Assembly (NCBI GenBank): GCA_951406725.2
Contig: OX597818.1
Coordinates: 134,230,001 to 134,294,000 of the forward strand
Direction of reading: 5' to 3'
DNA from: Octopus vulgaris
Taxonomy: Eukaryota
Length of the DNA: 64,000 bases
Notes under the pieces: generated by a model
What the model saw: only the letters and a program-made list of their open reading frames with translations
Databases searched by the model: none
What the model was told of the DNA's origin: nothing
Shown: positions 24,980 to 36,934 of the stretch, piece by piece
Position numbering within the stretch: the first letter of the stretch is position 1
How the letters are laid out: each line of letters starts with the position of its first letter
Program-made: the position numbers and the translations under genes

Positions 24980-25512
24980 ACACACTCACTCACACGCAGA
25001 TATATATATAGTCGAAATTTACAGAAAAACCAAAGACAAAGACAAGTCTGTAAACAACAAGCAGGTGTTTGATAGCTTGACGCTCAGGAAGGAGAGAGAG
25101 TCTTTTACATTTTGAGCCTACACTCTTCAACAGAAAGGAACAAGAGCAAATAAACAGAAAGGCAATAAAAAAAACTTATGGATTTAGTGGTAGCAGAGAT
25201 ACCCGGCGTTGCTCGGAATTAAAATTGCATAGTTTTTTTTATTGTTTTACTTGTTTATGTCCTGTGACTGCAGTCATGCTAGAGCACCGCCTTTAGTCAT
25301 AGAAATCGACTCCAGGATTTATTCTTTGTAAGCCTAGTACATATTCTGTCGGTTTGTTTTGTCAAACGGCTAGGTTGCAAGATATAAACATAGCAACATC
25401 GGTTGTTAAGCGATAGTGGGTGGTACAAACACAGACACACATACGCGCGCATACACACACACACACGCACACAGACGCGCGCGCGCACACACACATATAT
25501 ATTTATATATAC

Positions 25513-25544
<32 letters not shown>

Positions 25545-25547
25545 TAT

Positions 25548-25880
25548 AGGCGCAGGAGTGGCTGTGTGGTAAGTAGACATCTTGGTCAAGTGACTTCTGC
25601 TATAGCCCCGGGCCGACCAATGCCTAGTGAGTGGATTTGGTAGACGGAAACTGAAAGAAGCCTGTCGTATATATGTATGTGTGTGTATGTGTTTGTACCC
25701 CTAGCATTGCTTGACAACCGATGCTGGTGTGTTTACGTCTCCGTCACTTAGCGGTTCGGCAAAACAGACCGATAGAATAAGTACTGGGCTTACAAAGAAT
25801 AAGTCCTGGGGTCGATTTGCTCGACTAAAGGCGGTGCTCCAACATGGCCGCAGTCAAATGACTGAAACATGTAAAAGAGA
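25548..25880 (+). mobile_element. SINE family C (internal deletion); inverted older copy at 25246-25500
   Basis: Matches the family consensus seen elsewhere in the window. Confidence 0.85.
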
Positions 25881-25889
25881 GAGAGAGAG

Positions 25890-25961
<72 letters not shown>

Positions 25962-26851
25962 CAAAATGGGACAAGAACGCAAAACACTCAAAGAGACGAC
26001 ACAAAAAACGGACGGGTCATTCGAAGCCTCTAATCTTCAGTCAAGAACCAATTTTGGCTGATTAATTTTGAGATCGCTCCGATCCGGCCAGCCCTAAGAT
26101 TTCTTGAAAAAGGATCGAATGTATACGAAACAAAGACAGAAAAACGGACGATGCCACACGAATATAAATACAAAAAACAATAATAGTAATAACAAGACAA
26201 AAACAGCGGGTGTCTTACGACTTTAGACAGTTCAACTTAGCTTAACTGGCGTATTTGGAAAAAAATGCCTTTGCGGCAGACGAAGAAAATGATGTTGTCT
26301 TGGCGGTGGTCAGAAGCCGAAAGGCTAGTTGACCGATGGTCACGTGAGAGGAGAAGAGAGAGAATTGCAGATTGTAAGTTGATGATCGAAATGAATTTGT
26401 TCCTCCATTTTCTTATTTGTGTATATATATATATATATATATATATACAAATTGAGATAGGGGTTGTAAATGCAACCCACCATGGGATACCATATATCCA
26501 ATATACTGCTAGTGCGGTACCCAACAAAGTTAATACATAAATGTTAAGAATTGCGATACAATTAATTCATTTATTGTATTATATGGGCAAAGGTAAAATG
26601 TTTTACCACAAATTCATAATACAAAATAAGAAAATGGAGAAATACATCGAAATCAAATATCAATTACCAGATAATACTCAATCACATACTTTATTAAACC
26701 ACTACATAAGAAACTATATGGTTAAACATAATAATGCAGGGTAAAGTAGTGTACATGAAGGAGTGTACATAAAATAGTAATGTTATGCAATAAGTAGAAT
26801 ATGTATAATAGAACATAAATATAGGTACACATGAATATAAATATAGACTAT

Positions 26852-26978
26852 ATCTTACAGCTGTTTCGGCCATGTAGATAAGCATGTCTCATTCAACTCA
26901 TATTAGCCATTTATGGTAGGTCAATATGTAGTTATAAATGAGACATTTACAAAAACATCCTAAGGCCTCTTCGGAGAT
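26852..26978 (-). ncRNA. Type-I hammerhead-like motif with extended stem II (Penelope-type; U4C core variant)
   Basis: Minus strand ATCT-CCGAAGA-GGCC...GGCC-GAAA-CAGCTG-TA-AGAT; palindromic stem III; internal 10-bp IR at 26884-26893 / 26937-26946. Confidence 0.65.
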
Positions 26979-27180
26979 TACATATATACTTATAAAGGTG
27001 TGGGTATATACCCATAATAAAACAAATACATATACATATGAGTGCATATACTCATACTCATATACATATAAATATAAATATACATAATGATATAAATAAT
27101 AAAAATTGGTGAATTTTGAGAAGGTTTGTTAATTGAATTCTGTTTTTCTGTTTGTAACAGACGAAAGAAATGGGGAGGAA

Positions 27181-28143
27181 ATGGCGAGGAGAAAAATGTT
27201 TTCAGACATAAATGAGTCAGACTTATCGACCTCTGAGGAGGAGTTAGTAGAGGCGGTCGGTAGACTGGATGTGGTACTAGAAGGACGAACTTACGCAGGA
27301 GCTATGAAGCCGACTCAAAAGGAAATAGACCTGGCTAAGTTGCCAGACTGTCAGGAAATGGTGAAGAAGGTAGACGGAGACGCGAAGTTGTCACCGCCAA
27401 AGAAAAGAAGAAACAAGCTAGAAAAGAGAACAATAACTTACAGAGTTTTCGCAAACAAGAAGAAGAGAATTGATTTGGTGGGTATCGAAACGGTGGAGGA
27501 GGCTCATAGAACAACAGAGGAGAAAATAATTTTTGTCGCAAGAGGAAATAGGTACGGCACAGTGGTAGTGCAGTTTAGAACTGAAGAAACTGCTAGGAGG
27601 ATGGCAGCAAGAACTGTAAAAACGAACAAGTAATTCTTTTACCCTCATATCTGGGAAGAAAAACAACTAGAATCAGGGTGGAAAGAATACCACCAGATAT
27701 AGAAACGGAATGGATAGTGGCAGCAATTATTATCGAAAACGAGGAAAAGGTGGACATTATTCAAACAACGATAACAGATGGAGAGGAAGCACATGGCCTA
27801 GTGGTAAGAGCAGCGGACTCGCGGTCGAGGGATCGCGGGTTCGAATCTCAGACCGGGTGATGTGTGTTTATGAGCGAAACACCTAAGCTCCACGTAGCTC
27901 CGGCAGAAGGTAATGGCGAACTTCTGCTGACTCTTTCGCCACAACTTTCTCTCACTCTTTCCTCCTGCAGCTTGCACCTCACCTGCGACGGACTGGCGTC
28001 CCGTCCAGGTGGGAACCTATACGCCAAAAGAAACCGGGAAACCGGCCCTTATGAGCCAGGCATGGCTCGAGAAGAAGGAACAAACAATGGAGAGACATTG
28101 GAAATGGGTGTCCAAGTAGACACAGAAGTATTAGAAAATTTGT
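27181..28143 (+). mobile_element. Degraded L1/Tx1-type ORF1 (gag-like, RRM-type) region, interrupted by a SINE
   Basis: ARGNRYGTVVVQF...RVERIPPDIETEWIVAA parallels VRVGKVPPELDETWLVAA at 52486; contains stops and frameshifts. Confidence 0.55.
27786..28087 (+). mobile_element. SINE with a family-A-like tRNA head and a V-SINE-like central motif
   Basis: A/B boxes; CCTGCGACGGACTGGCGTCCCGTCCAGG; short TSD ATGGAGA. Confidence 0.7.
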
Positions 28144-28697
28144 CTGTATCTTTATTTTTTCTCTATTTTTTCTGGAATTTTAATACGTCATTATAGTATA
28201 TCCTTAATGTGTCCTTTATATGTTTTATTATCCCAAATTCTTAATTTACCAAATGTTTTATGATTTTAAGCGTAAATTCACCGTGTTTTGTATGTAACAC
28301 TGATTCTTATATATTTATATATATTATATAATGTTTATATATTTATATATATTATTATATTTCTAAACGTCGGACTTTATATCTGTTCTCTAGATATGAA
28401 TGAATATATGAATATATGTATGTGTGGTATGACGTCAGCAGCTGGGTGAGCTGACCGGAAGTTGGGGCAACCGGAAGGGGCAGCTGTGAGGCGCGCGCAG
28501 GGAGCAGCGATTTCGGCCTTTCGAACGAGGGTCGTCGATGGGTGAAGACGTTGCTAAGGTTGGGTGAAGCAGCTGCTATCTTTAGCGTTCGAGTCGGGGC
28601 TGTGTCGGAGGATCCTTTACCACTGAAGGATCTCCGTCAGAGCGAAGAGAAGGTAGGTGCCTTTATATTCGAATCTCTCGCACACACTACAAGCTAT

Positions 28698-30297
28698 TTC
28701 GGCGACATTGATGTGGTTGAAATCATCTGCTTTCCGAAGCCAGGCCGCGTCCTCCACCGCAGCACCTTCGATTGCCAACACAACCCCTATCGCTATACTG
28801 CTAGCATCACACCAGACGGTAGACGGTCCCGCATTCCGTCTTGGGCACGTACCAGTTCCCCATGACCGGGTCTTCTGCTCTCGTCCTCTCTGGGATTTCC
28901 TGCATCATCCCCACCGTCCCTTCTCCCACCTTGTCGCACCAACTCTCCCCCTCTGCTCGTCTCTTGGTGTAACTACACGCCATGCGCAGCCATCCAGCGA
29001 TCGGGTAGTGACCGACCAACTTCCCACACACCGAGAACAGCTCTCTCCTGCTGACGCTGGAACTCAGCTCTGAGATGTCATTCCCTCTCCAGAACACCAA
29101 TTCACCCGATCTATCTCTTCGCAGCTTCAGCCCCAGCGCGGCTCCCCCTTCCATCGACTCCGGTGGCTTCGCAATCAGTCCGAACTTCTCCAGATGTCTA
29201 ACTACCTCGTTGGCTGGCACTACAGTTTCGTCCACCAAAATGTCGTCAATGTAGGAGCTGGTGGCCTTTCTAATCTTGCCGTCTTTCCCTAGGACGGACC
29301 TAAGCACTGCCGCCATGATCTTCGGAGCGGAATTCAGCCCGAAATCCAGCCTGGTTAAACAGTACGTCCGGCCTTTGTACCGCACCAGCTGATATCGCCA
29401 CAGTTTGTCGCTCACATGGAGCTGCAAGTATGCCGATTTCAAGACGACAATCGTCGCTGCCTCGGTCGACTGTCTCCACGCACGTAGCGTCTCGCCACAA
29501 ACGTCTGTCGCCTCACCTCCCGTGTGACACGATATATGCTGGTTTAGCTCCCTGAAGTCCAGCACCGGTCTGACTTTTCCCTTCGTAGGCTGCACCACCG
29601 CCATCAGGGGTAGCCCTCCGCCCGCTACCTCCTCCTTCCAAGGGACAAGGACCCCTTCCTCGATCCACCTCTCCACCTCGTCTTCAAACTCAACCCTGGC
29701 GTGGCCTTTCAGGGTATGCTGGTAACAGCTTACCCTGGTTTCCAGCGTCGTGGGCTCGTCCTTCCATCGCCACTCTATCGTCCACCGCTGACCATCGAAC
29801 GCCACCTGAAAGTCTTTGTCCTCGATGGTGTAAGCGGCGCATCCCCTCGCGGGACTCTGCTCTCTCTGGCGATCCTGACTCGCAGTGCACGACGCCCCCA
29901 CGCTTCCGAACGTGACCTCATTTCCCACAACACTGACGCCACCGAGGCAGTTGATGGCGTCCATCCCCATCACCACATCAACCCCATCTATCACGCGTTC
30001 AGCTACAATTACCTGCAGCCTTAGCGTCGCGCCGCGCACCACTATCTCTACCTTGCTGCTACCTTTGCAACGGATTTCGCTGCCGTCGACCGCCCGGACG
30101 CTACTTTCCCCGTTCCATTCCTTCGTCACCCTTGAAGTCACAAGGGTGGTCATACAGCCCGTATCCACGAGGGCCTTGAACGTCTTCCCCTCGGCCTCCA
30201 CGTCAATTAATGGCAGCGTCTCCAATAGCGCCTCTACTCGTTTGCGGGGAAAGTTCGAGAGGCAGCAACTTCCCCGCGTTCGTTTCCCTGGTCGCAA
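28698..30297 (-). pseudogene. pol: Retrotransposon pol: aspartic protease, reverse transcriptase and N-terminal RNase H (truncated)
   Basis: ALVDTG, RPVLDFRELN, FGLNSAP and YIDD in ORF 28807-30297; a 7-bp duplication (AGACGGT x2, 28814-28827) frameshifts into WCDASS...DAAWLRK...HINVAE; the first catalytic Asp region reads IVVLKSAY (D apparently lost). Confidence 0.85.
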
Positions 30298-30968
30298 TCA
30301 CGGGCGATGTGCCCTGTCTGCCTGCATCGATAGCAAACGGGCCCCGGTTGCGTACAGTCCCGCGCCATGTGCGACCCCTGACATCTAAAACACCGACCTG
30401 AGAACGGCCGCTTCTGTGCGTCTTTCTCCGGTCGTCGTCCGTCTTTACGCACCTCCGTCACCGCCATCGCTATCACCTTCCGCCCAGAGTGTCGCGTCAC
30501 AAGTTCGCTCAGCGCCATCTTTTTAATCCCGGGCAATCGTTGTAGGTGAATCCCCACATCGTCCGGGAACCCATTTACAAACGCCAGCCGCGCTGCTCTC
30601 TCCAGCCCTTCTCCCGTAAACCCAGCCAGCGTCGCTAACCTTCTAACTTCTGCCGCGTACTCGTCCACTTGTCCTCCTGTCCATCGAATCGTACCCAGCT
30701 TAGCAAAAGCTGTGTATTCACATTCTGTGTAAGCATCCCGCAATCGTTGCTCTATCTTTTCCTCGCTCAGGCGTTCCTCCTCCTCCTCCTCCATCTCAAG
30801 GTATAGCGTTAACGCGCTCCCTTCTAAATACAGCGCCATAAGACTTGCCACATCGCTTATACCTTGCAGTCTTGCCACCAGCCTGATTTTACGAATCCAG
30901 GCCACTACATCGCCTTCACCATTAAAGGGTCTGATGATGTCGCTGGCGATCCTGATTTTCGCAGACAT
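30234..30968 (-). CDS. gag: Retrotransposon Gag with two CCHC zinc knuckles
   Basis: 244-aa open ORF; CFRCQGSHMARDC and CYRCRQTGHIARDC. Confidence 0.85.
   Translation of the reverse strand: MSAKIRIASDIIRPFNGEGDVVAWIRKIRLVARLQGISDVASLMALYLEGSALTLYLEMEEEEEERLSEEKIEQRLRDAYTECEYTAFAKLGTIRWTGGQVDEYAAEVRRLATLAGFTGEGLERAARLAFVNGFPDDVGIHLQRLPGIKKMALSELVTRHSGRKVIAMAVTEVRKDGRRPEKDAQKRPFSGRCFRCQGSHMARDCTQPGPVCYRCRQTGHIARDCDQGNERGEVAASRTFPANE
30282..30288 (-). promoter_or_regulatory. -1 ribosomal frameshift slippery site G GGA AAC
   Basis: X XXY YYZ heptamer in the gag frame (CAG GGA AAC) within the gag/pol overlap; pol is in the -1 frame. Confidence 0.75.
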
Positions 30969-31284
30969 CGTGGTGACGACTTATGTGGAGCGCCGAAATA
31001 GCTTGTTGTGTGTGCAAGAGATTCGAAATAAAGGCACCTACCTTCTTTTCACTCTGATGGAGACCCTTCAGTGGTAACGGATCCTCCGACACAGCCCCGA
31101 CCCGAACGCTAAAGATAGCAGCTGCTTCACCCAACCTTAGCAACGTCTTCACCCGTCGACGACCTCGTTCGAAAGGCCGAAATCGCCGCTCCCTGCTGCC
31201 TACAGTATGTATTTGATCTTTCACTGTGGATTTTAGTAATGTTCCTTTAGTTACTGCTCGCATTGCCTCCGCTCAGACTAAGAA

Positions 31285-31316
<32 letters not shown>

Positions 31317-31317
31317 A

Positions 31318-33256
31318 CTTAGATATGTTTCGACCAAAGATTGGTCCAGGCCATGTCTAACTTAATAGCACCACCTGAGAGGATTATCTAAATCCTGTTT
31401 AAGCCAAGTTTTGTTTATGGTCCATTCAAGTAGTGAGTTCTTGTTGAGTGAGTTGTATCCAGGTATGGGTGGCTTATCCGGTATTCCTTGAAGAAATCTG
31501 TTCAGACTCCGTTTAAAGTTGATGGGTTCCTTTTCCTCTTTGATCTCTTTCGTGACAATGTTAAACAGGGCAGGGCCTGTTGAAGAAAAGAAATTATGTT
31601 GCAGTGATCCTGAATTGGGCAAGGGACGTATGGTCGTAGTCCCAGTCTTGGATGAACCTTGAAACTAATGTTCAGGTCGTTTGGGCAAAGTTGGCGGTAT
31701 ATTCTCCACATCGTCCAAATGATGTACCGCTCGCAGCGGCGCTGGAGAGAGTAGAGTTTCAAGGCTTTAAGGCGGTCCCAATAATCGAGAGCAGTCATGC
31801 CTTCAATTCGTTTAGTGAGTGCCCTCTGGGGTGATTCAATCCTCGAGATGTTTTGTCTTGTATGGGGAGACCACAGTAGGCAGCAGTATTCGAGGTGTGG
31901 CCGTACAAAGGAGGAGAAAAGTGGTATGATGACACCTTGTTCTCTGGACCGGAAGGTTCGTAAGATCCAGGAGCTCATCCTACGAGCTATATCGACCTTA
32001 TTGTTGATGTGGGCACTCCAACTGAGATTGTCATCAACAATTACACCCAGGTCTCTGATATTGTTAGAGGCTGTGAGCGGTTCCCCTGAAGGAAGAGAGT
32101 ATGGCTGTTTTAGTGTGGACTTTCATCCAAAATGCATCAGCTCAAATTTTCCCTCGTTCAGTTGCATTTTGTTTTTGTCTGCCCATTGACTCACAGTATA
32201 TAGATCAAACTGGAGTTGAGTTTGGTCTGCTTCTTCATTGATGATTTGCTAGAGCTTAGTGTCATCAGCAAATATTTTCACTTTGCAGTGATGTACGACA
32301 CTGGAAAGGTCATTTATACAAATTATAAAGAGGAGCGGGCCCAAGACAGTCCCCTGGGGGACACCGCTGGTGACTTTGCTGGGCTTGAGTGGACTCCATC
32401 TACTACAAGATGTGTTCTTTTCGCCAGGAAATAGTTAATCCAGTGTAGAAGTTTTCCACGGATTCCAACATTTGCCAATTTTGAGAGTAGAATATTATGG
32501 TCAACCCTGTCGAACGCTTTACTGAAGTCAAGATATATGACATCAGAGTTCGAACCTGTTCCCAAGGCTTTGAGTATATCTTCAATGTGGTGTAAGAGCT
32601 GTGTTAGACAGTCCCTGCCGCAGCGAAAGCCATGCTGATTTGCATTTAGGAGTTTGTGAGTCTCCAGGAAGTCAGCTATCCTTGATCTTAACACTCTTTC
32701 AAACATTTTAATGATGTGGGAGGTGAGTGAGATTGGACGATAGTTGACTGCAAGGGATCTGTTTCCCTGTTTGAAAACTGGGATGATAGACTGGGATAGA
32801 AGCTGTTTCGGTATATAACTTGAGTCTAACGAATTTCTCCAGAGGTTGGTCAGAGGGACTGCAAGTTGGTGTCTACATTCCTTCAGGAGACTAGCGGGGA
32901 ATCTATCAGGGCCTACAGCAGAATAGTATTTGACCTCATTTATTGCTGCTGTGATGTCAGAGGCAGTGAAGGTTATGTCTGAGATTTTATGTTGAGAATC
33001 AACTTCGTTCGCTTCTCTTACGTCAATGTCAGTGGGATCACTAAAGACAGAGCAGTATTGTTTCTGCAGTATTTCTGCCATTTCTTTAGCATCATGTTGG
33101 GGAATGCCGTTATCATCGATCAATGGCCCAATGGGTGAGACAGTGGTTCTATGCTTTATTTGCATAAGAATAGAACACTTTTGGGTTCTGTTTGATGTTT
33201 TTGATTACCCACTGTTCCTCCACAGCTCTTTGATTTTCAATGGAGGTTTTCATACA
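31318..33256 (-). mobile_element. CR1-clade LINE, 5'-truncated RT region
   Basis: NYRPISLTS, QHGFR, YLDFSKAFDRVDH, FADDTK and RPHLEYCCLLWSP; several frameshifts. Confidence 0.9.
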
Positions 33257-34290
33257 TGACTTAAAAATAGGGAGTGTATTAATAGGGTCAAATCGAAAAC
33301 AGGAAGAGAGGAATAAAGAAAGAGAAAAAGAAGAGAAAAAAGAAGAAAAGAGAGAGAAGAAGGAGAATAAAAATAATAAAATAATAAAAAAAATTAAAAT
33401 ACAGGAAGAGAGGAATAAAGGAGAAAAAGAAAAAGGAAAAACAAAGATATAGATAAGGGAGCATTCATTATTACTAACCCTCTCTCTGCCCCATCACTTA
33501 GACTCTACTGGGGGAAGCACTCCGTCGGTTACGATGACGAGGGTTCCGGTTGATCCGAATCAACGGAACTGCCTGCTCATGAAATTAACGTGTAAGTGGC
33601 TGAGCACTCCACAGACACGTGTACCCTTAACGTAGTTCTCGGGGATATTCAGCGTGACACAGAGAGTGACAAGGCCGGCCCTTTGAAATACAGGTACAAC
33701 AGAAACAGGAAGTAAGAGTGAGAGAAAGTTGTGGTGAAAGAGTACAGCAGGGAACACCACCATCCCCTGATGGAGCCTCGTGGAGCTTTTAGATGTTTTC
33801 GCTCAATAAACACTCACAACGCCCGGTCTGGGAATCGAAACCGCGATCCTATGACCGCGAGTCCGCTGCCCTAACCACTGGGCCATTGCGCCTCCACACT
33901 TACTTAGACTCTACTACTACACATTTGTCACTCCTTTATCTTTTATCACCCCGCCCTCCCCCATTCCTTCTATCTTTTTACACTCTCTATCACCCTTTAT
34001 CTCCCCACCCCTACTTTCAAATTATCTCCACTGACCACCACTAACTGGTACGCTTTCCCTTATCTATAACTTTGTTTTCCATTTTCGTTTTTTCTTTTTT
34101 GTTTTTTTTTCTCTCCTTTATTCCTCTCTTCTTGTATTTTTATTTTTTAAATTATTTTATCATTTTTCTTCTTACTTTCTTCTCCTTCCTCTCTCTCTTT
34201 TCTTCTTTTTTCTCTTCTTTTTCTCTTTCTTTATTCCTCTCTTCCTGTTTTCGATTTGACCCTATTAATACACTCCCTATTTTTAGGTCA
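33257..34290. repeat. Fold-back element with ~210-bp purine/pyrimidine-skewed inverted arms
   Basis: AAAAATAGGGAGTGTATTAATAGGGTCAAATCGAAAACAGGAAGAGAGG... versus its reverse complement ending ~34290. Confidence 0.8.
33510..33901 (-). mobile_element. SINE family A with a 14-bp TSD
   Basis: TSD ACTTAGACTCTACT at 33496-33509 and 33902-33915. Confidence 0.9.
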
Positions 34291-34621
34291 CTTTCAATAA
34301 AACCCTTGATTCAATAACACTGTTTATAAACTCTATACTTGGAATGACCAATTTTAAATACTATTGGATTTTACTCATTAGGTACTGGAATCTTATATGT
34401 ATACCATTCTGCCTTTAAAAAATGGATCTACGAATACAATATCCCTACATGTCTCATATCTATTTTCTTCCCTCCACCTCACTCTCTATTTTGTATCTTA
34501 TCTAAATTAACTATCACTTAACCATCAAACAGCTGTAAGACCTTCTATCTATAAATGTTCTAAAATCTACACAGCCTTGGTTTTTTATTTCATTACGAAA
34601 AAAACTTTTTATAAACATCTA

Positions 34622-36934
34622 TCTATATATAAAACTGAGAATGTGTGTCTGTCTGTCTGTCTGTGTGTTTCCCTAACACTTGAGAACTACACAACCAATT
34701 TCATTCAAATTTTACACATGCCTTACTTAAGGTCCTGGGAGTGTCATCGGCAAAAAAAATCTTAACTTTTTCCGTAGGGCGACCCCACAGCAGTATCATA
34801 TCTTTTCCACTATTTCAGTATTACATATTAAAAGTGAAACAAAACCTCTCTCTTTTGTAATGCAAACACTTTCACTTTAATACTGAAACTATTGAAGTGA
34901 AAGTATTATATAACAGGGATGAACCATTAACAATGGTCATCCATTTTGCTAGAAGATCCGCTATGGTCTTATATGCTACACCACTGGTTTTCAATTCATA
35001 TTAATCAAATTAATATTTAATTTTTCACCCTTATTATGTGTGTATTAGCAATTCGTATAAAATTGCATCAATGACTTGAACTTGATTAAGTGGTTTCACA
35101 TAAATGGGGATAAATCAAAAAGGTTTGTTGTTATTATTATTACTGTTTGACTATTGTAATCACGTTTGTTGGTTCCTCGTCAGGGAAACGTTGTTGTGTT
35201 GCATTTGTTAAATAATTGTAAACCGTAACCCTCCCCTTTCGGAGAAGGGGCTTTGGTTATTGTTTAAAAATTGAATTGTGTCCCTGTTTGGGGAAATTGA
35301 CAATATTTTCACCGTATTTACGGAAGCATTTTTGTTAAAATGCCTTCGATAGAAGAAAGTCCAAAAATGAATTTCGCTGCAGACGTACACTTCTATACAA
35401 GAGGGAGGACAAGATCCAATGGATCGAGATTGCAAGAGACGGACCTACAATTCCAGTCTGTTATATATTTTGAGTATTGTTATCACTAGCGATATCAAGA
35501 TATAACTTTGTATTTTGTATTTTATGTGTAGATGTATATATATAGATGTACATGTAATATGTACACATATATATACACATATATACATGCATAATATATC
35601 TACCCATACACAGATACGCACACACATGCACATACATAGGGGCAGGTGTGGCTGTGGGGTAACAAACTACGTTCCAAACACATGGTCCTGGGTTCAGTCC
35701 CACTGTGTGGTGACTTGGCATGTGTCTTCTGCTGTAGCCTCAGAACAACAAAAGCCTTCTCAGTGGATTTTGTACATATATACTTGCATACGTGCATATT
35801 CGGCATAAACATTCTACCACTACAACTAACAACTGTTGGGAACACTTTGAAACCTGCCCGGGTTTTCCATCTGAAGTTAGTCTCTCTCATGGAGCTCATA
35901 CAAAAAGGGTAAGTCTTTGGGCCCATACAATGTGACATGTACACAATCGAGTGGCAAAAAAGGGGCCTTCCACATGCTCATATCCTGCTTTGGCTCTCAG
36001 CGAAGATCAATTCCAATGACATCGACAAGATAATCTCTGCAGAGCTTCCTGATCCAGCTTTAAACAAAGAACTATACGAAATAGTTAAAGCAAACATGGT
36101 ACATGGTCCATGTGGGCGTGGATTCAACATAAACACACCATGCTTGAAGGACAGCATATGTTCAAAAAGATTTCCAAGGAGGTTCCTACAAGAAACTCAG
36201 ACAGGTGCTGATGGGTATCCATCATACAGACGCAGAAAACCAGAAGACAGAGGTTTCACAGCAACTATCGGACAGCACGATATTGATAATAGATGGATTG
36301 TACCATACTGCCCACTCCTGTCAAAGACTTTCAATGCCCACATCAACGTTGAGTTTTGCAACTCCGTTAAATCCATCAAGTACGTTTGCAAATATGTAAA
36401 CAAGGGTTCGGACGCTGCAATGTTTGGACTTCAACAAGAATACTGCCAGGATGAGGTGACGTATTATCAGGTGAGACGGTATATAAGTAGCAACGAGGCT
36501 TTCTGGCGCATCTTTGGCTTTCCAATTCACCAACGACACCCCGCCATTCAACAGCTTGCAGTGCACCTGGAAAATGGTCAAAGAGTGTACTTCACTGATG
36601 CTAATGTTTCTCTGCTGGCAGAGGAACCAAGGGATAGCACACTCACTGCATTCTTCAAGCTTTGTCAAGTGGATCCATTCGCTCAAACCTTGCTGTATCC
36701 ACAGATTCCATCGTACTACACTTGGAATGGAAAAGATGGGCCCCACGGAAAGCAGGTCAAAATGTTCATGGATACCCTGGCATTAAGTTTCACACTTGCC
36801 TTGGGCCAGTATACATAGTGCATCCCACTCAACACTATATATATATGTGTGTGTGTGTGTATCCATATATATATAACAGAAAAGTCTAATTCTTCAATTA
36901 AAAGTAACCGGGCAACGCCGGGTATCTCTACTAG
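34622..36934 (+). mobile_element. Internally deleted Helitron
   Basis: 5' TCTATATATAAAA start; 3' GC-rich hairpin-like CCGGGCAACGCCGGG then CTAG|T at 36931-36934; Rep fragment inside. Confidence 0.85.
35850..36830 (+). pseudogene. Helitron Rep (HUH endonuclease) fragment
   Basis: IEWQKRGLPHAHIL (HUH motif 2), MVHGPCG, VPYCP, NAHINVE and KYVCKYVNKG (motif 3); upstream stop, no helicase. Confidence 0.9.

Larger units (their letters stand above)
28423..31196 (-). mobile_element. GC-rich Ty3/gypsy-like LTR retrotransposon, rearranged: no integrase, LTR copies inverted
   Basis: gag-pro-RT-partial RNase H on the minus strand; LTR termini TGTGG (28423) and CCACA (minus strand, 30984); arms 28497-28704 and 30991-31196 are reverse complements. 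Confidence 0.85.

Noticed and set aside
25095-25140. Hammerhead-like motif on the minus strand (TTGAAGAG...CTCAAAATGTA)
   Set aside because: Core positions C3 and G12 are mutated; at best a dead Penelope relic
26008-26048. CTGAAGA...CGAAT on the minus strand
   Set aside because: No GAAA and no convincing stem II
27133-27633. Host exon (good acceptor TTTGTAACAG at 27160 and a 166-aa ORF)
   Set aside because: Continues through a stop and frameshift into sequence paralogous to the LINE ORF1 relic at 52.5 kb; no matching donor
28423-31196. DIRS element, suggested by the inverted terminal repeats
   Set aside because: Has an aspartic protease and TG...CA LTR ends; no tyrosine recombinase or internal complementary region
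31325-31356. GACCAA/TTGGTC hairpin followed by GAAAC (minus strand)
   Set aside because: No CUGANGA; better explained as the CR1 3'-terminal stem-loop
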